Assembly (NCBI GenBank): GCA_966250335.1
Contig: CBINGZ010000019.1
Coordinates: 13,767-77,766, forward strand
DNA from: an uncultured bacterium
Lineage (GTDB): Bacteria > Bacteroidota > Ignavibacteria > OLB7
Direction of reading: 5' to 3'
DNA: 64,000 nt
Shown: one piece after another, positions 40,819 through 50,895 of the stretch
How positions within the stretch are numbered: the stretch's first letter is position 1
Layout: every line of letters begins with the position of its first letter
Translations under genes and position numbers: made by a program
Notes under the pieces: model-generated
What the model was told of the DNA's origin: nothing
The model's input: only the letters and a program-made list of their open reading frames with translations
The model's database searches: none

Positions 40819-41889
40819 ATGAAAAGATCACTCTACAGCGTTTACACCTTCATGGCGGGAGCCGCCCTGTCCCTTTCGGCGGGGACGCTGAGCGCGCAGG
40901 AGGGGACGTTTCCCCGCACCGCTCTGATCGAGGAGTTCACAAGCCTCACCTGCGGACCGTGCAAGCAGGTGACGCCGATCATCAACAGCGCCATCGCCAA
41001 CGGCCAGGGGAAGGTCCTGTCGATCCGCTATCATGTGAACCTGCCGCTGCCGTACGATCACTGGTACGACGCGAACCCGTCGCAGATCAACTCGCGCCGC
41101 GACTATTACCAGTTCGCCAACCCCCCGGAGTTCGAGGTGGACGGCAAGTTCGTTCAGGAGAAGGAGGCGATCACTCCGGAGGCCGACGACCGCAGGGCGT
41201 TGACCTCTCCGATCAAGATCGATGTGACGCAGACCCGCGCGGGAGATCAGTTCACCGTCAACGTTGAGGTAACGGCCGACAACAACGGGCTCGACGGCGA
41301 CGACTACAAGCTGCGCGTGGCGCTCGTGGAGAAGTATGTCGAGGATGAGTCCGCCACCAGCCGCCCCGGTTCGAACGGGGAGACGGAGTTCTGGGACATC
41401 TTCCGCTCGATGCTCCCGAACGCCGAGGGGGAGGCGATCAAGCTGAATCCCGGACAGAAGAAGACCTTCACTTACAACTACACGCTCGGCCCGGGATGGC
41501 AGGCTCAGGAGATGTACGCCATTGCGTTCGTTCAGAACGATTTCACGAGCGAACCCTACACCGTGGTCCAGGCGGCCGCCTCCAATCTGGTGGCGAGCGC
41601 CGTGGATGATATCGCCGCCGCTGCAGCAGGATATTCCCTGACCGCCGTCACGCCGAACCCGGCGCGGTCGGAGATGGTCGTGGAGTATTCGGTGGGGGCC
41701 CGTCAGGAGGTGTCGATCGAGGTCGTCGATGCCGTCGGTCGCACGGTCATGTCGCGTTCGGAGGGAACTCGCGAGGAGGGATCGTATCGCGCACCGATCG
41801 ACGTCTCCGCGCTTGCTCCCGGCTCGTACACCTGCGTCGTCAGGGCCGGCGACTATACCCCTTCCCGTCAGTTGATCATAGTCCGATAG
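40819..41889 (+). CDS. secreted thioredoxin-fold protein (CGPC) with T9SS C-terminal domain
   Basis: Signal peptide MKRSLYSVYTFMAGAALSLSAGTLSAQ; active-site CGPC; C-terminal T9SS domain (VTPNPARSEMVVEY...SYTCVVRAGD). Confidence 0.8.
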   Translation: MKRSLYSVYTFMAGAALSLSAGTLSAQEGTFPRTALIEEFTSLTCGPCKQVTPIINSAIANGQGKVLSIRYHVNLPLPYDHWYDANPSQINSRRDYYQFANPPEFEVDGKFVQEKEAITPEADDRRALTSPIKIDVTQTRAGDQFTVNVEVTADNNGLDGDDYKLRVALVEKYVEDESATSRPGSNGETEFWDIFRSMLPNAEGEAIKLNPGQKKTFTYNYTLGPGWQAQEMYAIAFVQNDFTSEPYTVVQAAASNLVASAVDDIAAAAAGYSLTAVTPNPARSEMVVEYSVGARQEVSIEVVDAVGRTVMSRSEGTREEGSYRAPIDVSALAPGSYTCVVRAGDYTPSRQLIIVR

Positions 41890-41914
41890 AATCGTCCAGG
41901 AGCCGAATACGACA

Positions 41915-41943
41915 GGGGCCGGTACGCTGTGCGTGCCGGCCCC
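41915..41943. terminator. 13-bp stem hairpin between convergent genes
   Basis: GGGGCCGGTACGC TGT GCGTGCCGGCCCC. Confidence 0.4.
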
Positions 41944-42080
41944 TCTCTGCTGGCAGGCTCTCTATCGTATTCGATAAGCAAAAGATCCCGGTTGTCCGAG
42001 TGCCTCGCCGTTCCGACGGCTTCAGACGGCTCCCGAAGGGAGCACCGATCTGTAGCCCGATGCGATGTTCTATCTCTTGA

Positions 42081-42146
42081 AGCGCCGAAGGCGCGTACCA
42101 TTTTTCTTTTCCGCAGAAAGGAAAAATGGTACGCGCCTTCGGCGCT
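42081..42146. repeat. 26-bp perfect inverted repeat (potential cruciform or bidirectional terminator)
   Basis: AGCGCCGAAGGCGCGTACCATTTTTC ... GAAAAATGGTACGCGCCTTCGGCGCT. Each arm contains an internal GCGCC-GAA-GGCGC mini-hairpin. Confidence 0.6.
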
Positions 42147-42210
42147 GAAGATTATGGGGGAATGCCGGTGCTACAAACGGTTCGCCCCTTCGGGGCTGGA
42201 AGAGGGGCGA

Positions 42211-42882
42211 TCATCCCTCCTTGCGCCATCCTATCCCTGCCGAGGGGCAGAGTTCGGCGACGGGGCATATATCGCATTTAGGTCGTCTGGCGATGCAGAC
42301 GGCACGGCCGTGTTCGGCCAGAAGGTGGCTGAACCTGACCCACTTCTCCTGCGGCAGCACCTCCATGAGCTGCGATTCGATCTTCACCGGATCGTCCGAA
42401 TCGACAAGGCCGAGCAGATTGGCGATCCTTTTCACATGGGTGTCGACCACCATCCCCGGCGTGCTGAAGCAATGCCCCAGCACCACGTTCGCCGTCTTCC
42501 GTCCCACGCCGGGGAGCGTCAGCAGCTCTTCCATCGTCCCCGGCACCTCTCCGCCGAAACGCTCCAGCAGGGCGGCGGATGCCCCCTTGATCGACCTGGC
42601 CTTGTTCCTGTAGTAGCCGGTGGAGAAGATCGCCCGCTCGATATCCTCCATCGGCGCCTCCAGGAACGCCTGCGGCGTGGGATAGGCGGCGAAGAGGGCG
42701 GGGGTGACGGTGTTCACCCGCGCGTCGGTGCATTGCGCCGACAGGATCGTGGCGACCATAAGCTGGAAGGGGGATTCGTAGGTGAGCGCGATCTCCGAAT
42801 CGGGATAGCTCTTCTCCAGGATCGCGTTGATACGCTTCCCCCGTTCCCTCCGTTCGCTGTTCGTTTCCCTGATGCGGGACAT
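42211..42882 (-). CDS. nth: endonuclease III (Nth)
   Basis: HhH-GPD motif LPGVGRKTANVV; 4Fe-4S cluster CIARRPKCDICPVAELC. Confidence 0.93.
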   Translation of the reverse strand: MSRIRETNSERRERGKRINAILEKSYPDSEIALTYESPFQLMVATILSAQCTDARVNTVTPALFAAYPTPQAFLEAPMEDIERAIFSTGYYRNKARSIKGASAALLERFGGEVPGTMEELLTLPGVGRKTANVVLGHCFSTPGMVVDTHVKRIANLLGLVDSDDPVKIESQLMEVLPQEKWVRFSHLLAEHGRAVCIARRPKCDICPVAELCPSAGIGWRKEG

Positions 42883-42891
42883 AGGCCTCGT

Positions 42892-44376
42892 CTAATAGTT
42901 GTCGATCTGGGCGCGCTGGAGCGAGCCGCTGTAGTCGATGTAGACGGTCTTCCACTCGGTGAATATATCGTACACGGTCCATCCTCCCTCACGATGTCCG
43001 TTCCCCGTCCCTTTCACCCCGCCGAACGGCATATGCGCCTCGGCCCCGATCGTCGGGACGTTGATGTAGGTGATCCCCGCCTCGATATCCCGGATCGCCC
43101 GGAACGCGTCGTTCACGTTGGCGGTGTAGAGGCTTGAGGAGAGCCCGTACGGGGTGTCGTTGAGGATCTCGATCGCGTCGGTCAGATCCTTCGCCTTCAG
43201 CACGGAGAGGACGGGACCGAAGATCTCTTCGCGAGCTATCCTCATGTTCCGCGTGACGTCGATGAAGATCGTGGGATGGAAGAAATTGCCGCGTCCCAGA
43301 TCCCCTTCGTCGGCGCGGTCCCCTCCCAGAACGCAGACGGCCCCTTCCTCCTTGCCGATCCGCACATACTCCTGAATCCGCTTGAGCTGCTTGCTGTTGA
43401 TCACCGGTCCCACATCGGTCCCCTCCTGGAGTCCAGGGCCCAGCTTCAGCTTGGAGGCGCGGGTGATCAGGCGGTTGATGAAATCATCGTAGATCGATTC
43501 ATGCAGGATCAGTCTGCTCGTCGCCGTGCAGCGCTGTCCGGTGGTGCCGAACGCGCCCCAGACGACCCCGTCCAGCGCCAGCCCCATGTCGGCGTCCGGC
43601 ATGACGATCTGCGCGTTCTTTCCCCCCCTCTCCCGCGACACCGTCGTGTTCATGGCCCCCCCCCGTGAGGCGATCTCGGTGCCGACCTGGGTCGACCCGG
43701 TGAAGCCGATCACCTTGATCAGCGGATGCTCCACGATCGCCGCGCCGCACTCGGAGGAACCGTGAACCACGTTGAAGACCCCCGGCGGAATCCCAGCCTC
43801 CTCCAGCACCTCGGCCATCAGCACGCCGGAATGGGGGGCGTCCTCGGAGGGCTTGTAGACGATGGTGTTGCCGCAGGCGAGCGCGGGGAGGATCTTCCAG
43901 CTCGGCACGGCCATCGGGAAGTTCCAGGCAGTGATGATGCCGCAGACGCCGACCGGCTGGCGGAACGAAAGATTGACCTTGTCGGGAAGCTCGCTCGGCG
44001 TATTATAACCGAAGAGACGTCGCGTCTCGGTGGCCGCGTAGTAGGCCGTGTCGATCGCCTCCTGCACGTCGCCGAGGGTCTCGAAGACCGGCTTTCCCAT
44101 CTCGCGCGTCATGGCGCGGGCCAGCTCATCCTTGCGGCGGTTCAGGATATCCCCGGCCCTGCGCAGGATCTCTCCACGCTTCGGCGCGGGGACCAGTCGC
44201 CACGCGCGGAACGCATGAGCCGCCTCGCGCGCGGCCAGTTCGACGTCGGCCTCCGTGCTCTCCGGGAAGGTCCCGATCTGGTCGTCGCTGTTCGCCGGGT
44301 TGATGTTGTGGAACGTCCGCCCCAGATGAGAATCGACCCAGCGGCCGTTGATATAGTTCTTGAAATGCTCTGCCAT
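42892..44376 (-). CDS. NAD(P)-dependent aldehyde dehydrogenase
   Basis: 494 aa; catalytic region GQRCTA, FTGST, EIFGPV. Confidence 0.93.
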   Translation of the reverse strand: MAEHFKNYINGRWVDSHLGRTFHNINPANSDDQIGTFPESTEADVELAAREAAHAFRAWRLVPAPKRGEILRRAGDILNRRKDELARAMTREMGKPVFETLGDVQEAIDTAYYAATETRRLFGYNTPSELPDKVNLSFRQPVGVCGIITAWNFPMAVPSWKILPALACGNTIVYKPSEDAPHSGVLMAEVLEEAGIPPGVFNVVHGSSECGAAIVEHPLIKVIGFTGSTQVGTEIASRGGAMNTTVSRERGGKNAQIVMPDADMGLALDGVVWGAFGTTGQRCTATSRLILHESIYDDFINRLITRASKLKLGPGLQEGTDVGPVINSKQLKRIQEYVRIGKEEGAVCVLGGDRADEGDLGRGNFFHPTIFIDVTRNMRIAREEIFGPVLSVLKAKDLTDAIEILNDTPYGLSSSLYTANVNDAFRAIRDIEAGITYINVPTIGAEAHMPFGGVKGTGNGHREGGWTVYDIFTEWKTVYIDYSGSLQRAQIDNY

Positions 44377-44501
44377 TGCGCGTACCGGTTTTGAAGTGCG
44401 GGTATCGGTTGAATGTGTGATCGGAACGGCGCAAAATAGTGAATGAGCTTCAAGAGGAGGGTTTCAATTGATGGATTGGAAGAAGTGCCCCTGCCGGGAC
44501 A

Positions 44502-45002
44502 ATGGAGATCAACATGAGTATCGAGGAACTTCGTATAGAACTGGAGTCGGCGGAAGATATCGAGGGAGGATGGGATCGGCTGCTGGCCGCGCTCCTGGCC
44601 GCCTTCAACTGTACCACGGGAACGATTCATCTTCTCGATCGTGAGAAGAACGTGCTCGTCATCCGGGCCCATGCGGGGATGCCGGAGGCGCTGCTGCCGA
44701 AGGTCTCGACCATACCGATAGGGAAGGGGATGGCCGGCATCGCCGCCGAACGCCGCCAGGCGGTGCAGGTCTGCAATCTCCGGACCGACGCGTCCGGAAC
44801 CGTGAAACCCTCGGCTCGCGAAGCGAACGTCGAGGGGGCCGTCGCCGCTCCGATGCTCTTCCGGGGAGAACTCTACGGGACCATCGGCCTGGCCAAGCCG
44901 TGCGAGTACGAGTTCACGCCGGAGGAGATCGATGCCCTGATGGAGGTCGGAGGGGCCGTCGGCTCCCGGCTTGCCGGCGCCGCGGCCGGATCGTTCATCT
45001 GA
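44502..45002 (+). CDS. GAF-domain protein
   Basis: 166 aa, single GAF-like fold (GTIHLLD...IPIGKGMAGIAA). Confidence 0.75.
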   Translation: MEINMSIEELRIELESAEDIEGGWDRLLAALLAAFNCTTGTIHLLDREKNVLVIRAHAGMPEALLPKVSTIPIGKGMAGIAAERRQAVQVCNLRTDASGTVKPSAREANVEGAVAAPMLFRGELYGTIGLAKPCEYEFTPEEIDALMEVGGAVGSRLAGAAAGSFI

Positions 45003-45009
45003 ACCTTCT

Positions 45010-45699
45010 ATGAACCATCGGAGTCCTCCCCCGATATATCTGCTCCTTCGTCTCGCCGCGCTCCTCTGGCTTCTCATCTTCCCCGGGTGCGGAAGTCTCC
45101 TCCGGGCCGGTTACGGGGTGCCGCCGGAACGCGCTGAACGGCGGGTCTTCGTGGTCGGTCACGGCTGGCATACCGGGATCGTGGTCCGCAGGGAGGAGGT
45201 GCCGGCGGAGGCCCTTCCGGTGGTGGATGACTTCCGGGACTACGAGTATCTGGAGATAGGATGGGGGGATGAGGGCTTCTACACCGCCAGGGAGGTGACG
45301 GTGGAGCTGGCGATCTATGCGATGCTCACTCCCTCGCCGAGTGTGATGCATGTGGTGGGGTTCAACGGGTCGGTGGAGGGACGGTTTCCGGTCAGTGATA
45401 TCGTGGTGGTAGGGATGAGCCTGGATCGGTTCAACGGGTTGTGCGGGTATCTGGGGGAGGCGCTGGCGCGGGACGGCGAGGGGAAGGAGATCTATATCGC
45501 TCCGGGACTCTACGGGTACTCGCGGTTCTACAGGGCGAACGGGTCGTATTATTTCCCGGAGACGTGTAATGTCTGGACGGCCCGGGCGCTGGAGTCGGCG
45601 GGGGTTCCGATGGTGCCGTTGCTGGCGATTACGGCGGAGAGCCTGCTGGGGCAGGTGGGGGATGTCGGTTTGATTGTGCAGAGGAAGGAAGAGAAATAA
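45010..45699 (+). CDS. DUF2459-like lipoprotein
   Basis: LIFPGCGS lipobox; conserved VVGHGWHTGIV... block. Confidence 0.7.
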   Translation: MNHRSPPPIYLLLRLAALLWLLIFPGCGSLLRAGYGVPPERAERRVFVVGHGWHTGIVVRREEVPAEALPVVDDFRDYEYLEIGWGDEGFYTAREVTVELAIYAMLTPSPSVMHVVGFNGSVEGRFPVSDIVVVGMSLDRFNGLCGYLGEALARDGEGKEIYIAPGLYGYSRFYRANGSYYFPETCNVWTARALESAGVPMVPLLAITAESLLGQVGDVGLIVQRKEEK

Positions 45700-45728
45700 A
45701 CGAAGAGAAATAAACGAAGAGAAATAAA
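45687..45728. repeat. 3 tandem copies of a 14-bp unit (C/G)GAAGAGAAATAAA
   Basis: Seen directly. The repeat overlaps the DUF2459 stop codon and supplies a T-tract for the minus-strand transcript. Confidence 0.7.
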
Positions 45729-45816
45729 CAGGGAGCCACAGAGGACACAGAGTTAAGAGAAGAGAGTCTCTCTTTCTTTCCTAACTCTGTGTTCTCTGTG
45801 ACTCCCTGTTATTTTT
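45726..45816. terminator. bidirectional intrinsic terminator: ~38-bp imperfect hairpin + ATTTTT
   Basis: AACAGGGAGCCACAGAGGACACAGAGTTAAGAGAAGAGAG...CTCTTTCTTTCCTAACTCTGTGTTCTCTGTGACTCCCTGTT, then ATTTTTCTCC. It lies between convergent genes. Confidence 0.6.
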
Positions 45817-45832
45817 CTCCCTCTTCTTCCTC

Positions 45833-46555
45833 CTACCGAGCCGCCAGCATCAAAGGCTGCTGCTCTACCTCCACTTTCATCTCCACCGGCGCCGGCATCA
45901 GCATCAGCATCAGAGGCCGCGTCGGAAATATCGTGCAAAGATTCGCCAGCCAGTCCACACGCGGCGCCGACTCATACCCACGCTCACGGAAGAACCGGAA
46001 ATGCGTGCTCCGAACACCCGGAATAATGATCTCCTCCAGCTTCGAGAAATCCCACTTCGGAAGGGCGCCGGCCGGCTTCATGCTGCGCGGGCTATAGTAC
46101 AGGGTAGCTCCCTGCGCAATATCCATAGTCCCGAGCAGCGCAAAGTATGCGGCTTCCACCGACTCGTTCAGGGCTTTCTGACTGCGCGAGTCGCCGCGGG
46201 CGTGACGCGCCGGGTTCTCGTAAGCGGGGCGGTTGGGATCGCTCTTCAGCAGCGCGGAGAACTGGTACGGCTGCGTGACGACATCCTCATACGTATCGGG
46301 AAACGATGGGCTCTCAACTCTGTTCCGGATGACGCTGGCGACCGCCTTCTTCTCGATGGCGTTCTCGCCGCGCGCCTCGGCATACACCGTGCGGGCAACC
46401 TGCCCGAGATCGCTGTCGAGATTGATGCTCGACATGATGATGGCGCGCTCCGATGTGGCGCCTGTCCGCTCAATATTCGAAAGATTCATCTCAGCCGCAT
46501 TGGCCGTTACCAGTCCCGCCGAAAGGAACATGAGCGAAGCTGCCAGATAGTGCAT
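45833..46555 (-). CDS. SleB-like cell wall hydrolase
   Basis: Signal peptide; VARTVYAEARGE...VASVIRNRV...QPYQFS block typical of Hydrolase_2/SleB. Confidence 0.75.
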   Translation of the reverse strand: MHYLAASLMFLSAGLVTANAAEMNLSNIERTGATSERAIIMSSINLDSDLGQVARTVYAEARGENAIEKKAVASVIRNRVESPSFPDTYEDVVTQPYQFSALLKSDPNRPAYENPARHARGDSRSQKALNESVEAAYFALLGTMDIAQGATLYYSPRSMKPAGALPKWDFSKLEEIIIPGVRSTHFRFFRERGYESAPRVDWLANLCTIFPTRPLMLMLMPAPVEMKVEVEQQPLMLAAR

Positions 46556-47277
46556 GGGAGAATAAGTTGAATGAATGAACGTTGAACGACGCACGGAAGA
46601 CGTCGCCACATGAATTCGTGGTTAGCGTAAGACTGTTATGTCGCTCTGCGACACTCGTGATTCGTGGTCGTATGGGGCCGTCGCCGTGATCCCTCGCACT
46701 CTGATCCACTCCGCTCGCGGTCCGTCGGATTCGTCGTTCCTACAGTATCGTGATGAGACTCTGTAAGATCCTGCGAGCGGGGGCCCGCCGTTCTGATATC
46801 CAGTGGCTGGATATTGCTCTGGGTCGGTATCGGAAGCGGGCCGTGGAAGCGACCCGCTGGTATATGACTCGCTGAGTGGGGTGATAATTTTACCCGAAGT
46901 TCCCGCTGTTACGGTTCAGAACGTGCGTTTCAATGTCCGACAAATTATTGCACGCATATCGTGTAGGGAGGTAATTGAGGTATTGTCGGATGGAAGATTA
47001 ATTCTCATTCATAATTATCATCCAATGATGTATTAACGCAGGAAATAAGCGGTCGGGCAATCGGCGATTGTAACGGATGTTAGCTGAAAAGCCTTCAAAC
47101 AGCGAAAGAAGAGGGGTGTTCCGTCTATGAAATGAGTTCCGGAAGTGATGTGTTCAGTTGTAAATTCCTCCGGATGGGAGCGCAATCTCCCGTTTGAGCG
47201 GTTCCAGAACGGTGGTTCGCGCCGTCGAGATCCGATTCGTCGTTCGGTTACAACCTTGTCATTATCAGCACGATGCC

Positions 47278-48528
47278 ATGAATTCCTACGCGATCCTCAT
47301 CCTTGCTTTCCTGCTCGCCGAATATTGTATCGGCGTTGCCGCGAATCTTCTGAACCTTCGCGCAATGAGATCGGAAATCCCTCCCGATATCAGTGATCTC
47401 TACAATATGGAGGAGCGCGCGCGTACTCGTGAGTACACCTCTGCACGCACCAGATTCCGTCTGACAAGCTCGGCGTTCGATCTCCTTCTTCTTCTTGCGT
47501 TCTGGTTCGCGGGTGGGTTCAATTCGCTCGACCTGCTGGTACGCTCATGGGAACTTTCCCCCATCTGGACCGGCGTCGCCTACATCGGGGTCCTTATGAT
47601 TGCGCGGGCGGTGATCTCGCTGCCGTTCAGCATCTACGACACGTTCGTGCTGGAGGCGCGTTTCGGCTTCAACAAGACCACGCCCGCTCTCTTCGCGGCG
47701 GATAGGGTGAAGGGGCTCCTTCTGGCGGTGCTGCTCGGGGGACCGCTGCTCGCAGGGGTGCTGGCGTTCTTCCAGTATGCCGGGCCGATCGCCTGGCTCT
47801 ACTGCTGGGGAGCGGCTACCCTCTTCATCCTTATTGTACAGTTCGTCGCGCCGGCCTGGATCATGCCTCTCTTCAACAGATTCAAGCCGCTCGAGGAGGG
47901 GGAGCTGCGGCGGAGCATTCTCGATTACGCGGGCTCCGTCGACTTCTCGCTGACGAACATCTTCATTATCGACGGCTCGCGCAGGTCGAGCCGGGCGAAC
48001 GCCTTCTTCTCCGGGTTCGGCCGCTTCAAGAGGATCGCCCTGTACGATACTCTGGTGGCGAACCACACGGTGCCGGAACTTGTCGCCGTGGTGGCGCACG
48101 AGGTGGGACATTACAAGCGGAAGCATATCGTGCAGGGGATGATCATCGCTATCCTCCATATCGGCGTCCTCACCTTCCTTCTCTCCTTCTTCCTGACGGA
48201 GCGCGCGTTGTACGATGCGTTCTACATGGAGCAGAGCTCGATATATGCGGGGCTGATCTTCTTCGGGCTTCTTCTCTCGCCGGTCGAGCTCGTGCTTTCG
48301 GTGCTGATGCAGATCCTGTCGCGACGCAACGAGTTCGAGGCCGACCGCTACGCCACGGTGACGACGCAGACGCCCGGGGCGATGATCGACGCGCTGAAGA
48401 AGCTGTCGGTCGATAATCTCGCCAATCCCACGCCGCACCCTCTCTTCGTCTTCCTCTATTATTCGCATCCCCCCCTCTTCGAGCGGATACGGGCCATCAG
48501 GGGTGTGACCGGGGGATCGGCGGCATAG
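47278..48528 (+). CDS. M48-family zinc metallopeptidase (Ste24/HtpX-like), polytopic membrane protein
   Basis: HEVGHYKRKH zinc motif; multiple TM helices. Confidence 0.88.
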   Translation: MNSYAILILAFLLAEYCIGVAANLLNLRAMRSEIPPDISDLYNMEERARTREYTSARTRFRLTSSAFDLLLLLAFWFAGGFNSLDLLVRSWELSPIWTGVAYIGVLMIARAVISLPFSIYDTFVLEARFGFNKTTPALFAADRVKGLLLAVLLGGPLLAGVLAFFQYAGPIAWLYCWGAATLFILIVQFVAPAWIMPLFNRFKPLEEGELRRSILDYAGSVDFSLTNIFIIDGSRRSSRANAFFSGFGRFKRIALYDTLVANHTVPELVAVVAHEVGHYKRKHIVQGMIIAILHIGVLTFLLSFFLTERALYDAFYMEQSSIYAGLIFFGLLLSPVELVLSVLMQILSRRNEFEADRYATVTTQTPGAMIDALKKLSVDNLANPTPHPLFVFLYYSHPPLFERIRAIRGVTGGSAA

Positions 48529-48926
48529 CACGATCTTCGTTCGGGAGGGAGTTGGGATCTGAAAATTTTTCTTTGCAGTAATCGGCTGCTGTGCAATATT
48601 GCGACGGTTCGCAGCGTCGTATGGTATGTCGACGCCGTACGTAAATACTGCGACGGCAATTCAAGCTGCGCTCGATATCCATCCAGGGGGATTTCGGGCG
48701 CGTATGTTGGAGCCCTGATTCAAGGAGGTGATCCCGTGTCTAGTAATTTGATGGGAGCCTCTGGATACGCCTGCTAGCAACACGCTACTCATAGGCTTCC
48801 GGATGTTCAAAGGCCCTGCTTCTGCTGGAAGCGGGGCCTTTGCTTTAACCGGGTGGCGCTTCCCGTTCGGTCGTTCCCGCGGGGACCATGGTTCCCCACG
48901 ACCTCTTTCCTTTCGATCCTGAACCA

Positions 48927-49913
48927 ATGTCTTCCACATCGAACATGGAGCAGAATCTCCCGGGCGCATCGTCATCATGGGTGGTGGCGGCGTTCTACAA
49001 GTTCGTATCGCTTCCCGATCATGAGGAGCTTCGTCTTCCGCTGCTGGAGTTCTGCCGCGAGCAGCGGGTCATGGGGACGATTCTGCTGGCCCCTGAAGGG
49101 ATCAACGCCACGGTGTCGGCCGAGCGTCGGGCAATGGATGCGCTGCTGGCGCGGTTGCGGAGCGATCCCCGTCTTGCCGATCTGGAGCATAAGGAGTCGC
49201 TCGCGGAGGAGGCTCCGTTCCATCGCATGAAGGTGAAGCTGAAGAGGGAGATCGTGACGATGGGGGTCCCCTGGACGAGCCCTGATATACAGGTGGGTCG
49301 TTACGTGCCGCCGGAGGAGTGGAACAGGCTCATATCCGATCCGGATGTTGTCGTCGTCGACACCCGCAACGAGTACGAGGTGGGGATCGGCACCTTCCGG
49401 GGAGCGATCAATCCTCATACCTCATCGTTCAGGGAGTTCCCCGACTTCGTGCGGGCGAACCTCGACCCGGCCAGGGACAGGCGCGTTGCGATGTTCTGCA
49501 CGGGGGGGATACGCTGCGAGAAGGCGACGGCATATCTGGTGGAGCAGGGGTTCCGGGAGGTGTATCATCTGCAGGGGGGGATCCTCAAATATCTGGAGGA
49601 AGTACCTCGCGATGAGAGCCTGTGGGAAGGGGAATGCTTCGTGTTCGATCAGCGGGTGACGGTCGATCACGATCTGGCGCCCGGAACGCATCGGGCGTGC
49701 CACGGCTGCTGGCTGCCGGTCGGCCCGGAAGAGCTTCTCTCCCCTCACTATATCGAGGGAGTCTGCTGTCCCCGTTGCCACGATGCTCTCTCTCCCGAAC
49801 GGCGGGCGGCGCTGGAGGAGCGTCAGCGTCAGGTGGAGCTGGCCCGGCGGCGCAACGTGCGGCATATCGGCGGACAGGGGGCCGACATCCGTTCATCCGA
49901 CGGTTTCGTATAA
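48927..49913 (+). CDS. trhO: rhodanese-domain tRNA U34 hydroxylase TrhO (YceA/UPF0176)
   Basis: [10 protein letters not shown]-terminal block; rhodanese active site CTGGIRCEK; C-terminal Cys-rich tail. Confidence 0.85.
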   Translation: MSSTSNMEQNLPGASSSWVVAAFYKFVSLPDHEELRLPLLEFCREQRVMGTILLAPEGINATVSAERRAMDALLARLRSDPRLADLEHKESLAEEAPFHRMKVKLKREIVTMGVPWTSPDIQVGRYVPPEEWNRLISDPDVVVVDTRNEYEVGIGTFRGAINPHTSSFREFPDFVRANLDPARDRRVAMFCTGGIRCEKATAYLVEQGFREVYHLQGGILKYLEEVPRDESLWEGECFVFDQRVTVDHDLAPGTHRACHGCWLPVGPEELLSPHYIEGVCCPRCHDALSPERRAALEERQRQVELARRRNVRHIGGQGADIRSSDGFV

Positions 49914-49983
49914 GCCCCGGCGGCGCCGCGGTTCGGATGCGGCTTCCGGCGATACGTCGTTCAGCAACCAGCAGGAGACCGGC

Positions 49984-50859
49984 ATGGGAAGATTCGACAT
50001 CCTCCGCGAGATAGAGAGCCTCGACCCCGAGCGCGACCACGTCCGCATCTACCATCTCACCTGCGGCTACGAGTTCTCGTGGGATACCGTCCGCGCGCTG
50101 GAGATAGCGCTCTACCGCACCTACTGCGTGCCGAGCATCTCCGCGCTTCTCTCATCAACCGGAGAGTTCATCCGCCACACGCAGAAACGATACGACGACA
50201 CGGCGATCATGGTGGCGGAAATGTCGGAGTCGGGGTATGAATCGGGACGCGGACATGAGGCGCTGCTGCGGATGAACAGAATCCACGGCCGGTTCAACAT
50301 ATCGAACGACGATTATCTGTATGTCCTCTCCACCTTCGTGTTCGAGCCGATACGCTGGGTCGACAGGTTCGGCTGGCGGAAGATGTGCGCGAACGAACGG
50401 ATCGCGGCCTACTGCTTCTGGCGCGAGGTCGGCAGGCGGATGGGGATCCGCGACATCCCGGAGAGCTTCGAGGCGTTCGAGCGGTTCAACATCGACTACG
50501 AACGGAAGCATTTCAGGTTTGCCGAGACGAACCGGGAGATAGGGGCTGCCACGCGCGATCTCTTCGCCTCCTGGTTCCCCCGCCTCTTCACGCCGCTGGT
50601 CCGCTACGGCATCTACTCCATGCTGGACGACCCGATGCTGGAGTCGTTCGGCTTCCCGAAGCCGTTCGCTCTTTCACGCCGTGCCGCCTCCCTCTCGCTG
50701 AAGCTGCGGGGAGGGATCGTGAGATATCTCCTCCCGGCGCGGAAGAAACCGAAGTTCTTCCATCACTCACGGACCAGAACATATCCGACCGGGTACGAGA
50801 TCAGGTCGCTGGGGCCGCACGATCTTGAGACTCATCGCAAGACCCGGCATGTCGAGTGA
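49984..50859 (+). CDS. DUF2236 (MpaB-like) oxygenase family protein
   Basis: 292 aa; conserved Y...W...R...HxxF blocks of the ER-bound oxygenase/DUF2236 family. Confidence 0.7.
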   Translation: MGRFDILREIESLDPERDHVRIYHLTCGYEFSWDTVRALEIALYRTYCVPSISALLSSTGEFIRHTQKRYDDTAIMVAEMSESGYESGRGHEALLRMNRIHGRFNISNDDYLYVLSTFVFEPIRWVDRFGWRKMCANERIAAYCFWREVGRRMGIRDIPESFEAFERFNIDYERKHFRFAETNREIGAATRDLFASWFPRLFTPLVRYGIYSMLDDPMLESFGFPKPFALSRRAASLSLKLRGGIVRYLLPARKKPKFFHHSRTRTYPTGYEIRSLGPHDLETHRKTRHVE

Positions 50860-50895
50860 GTTGTGGGATAATCGTGTGTCGATACGATTGAAATC

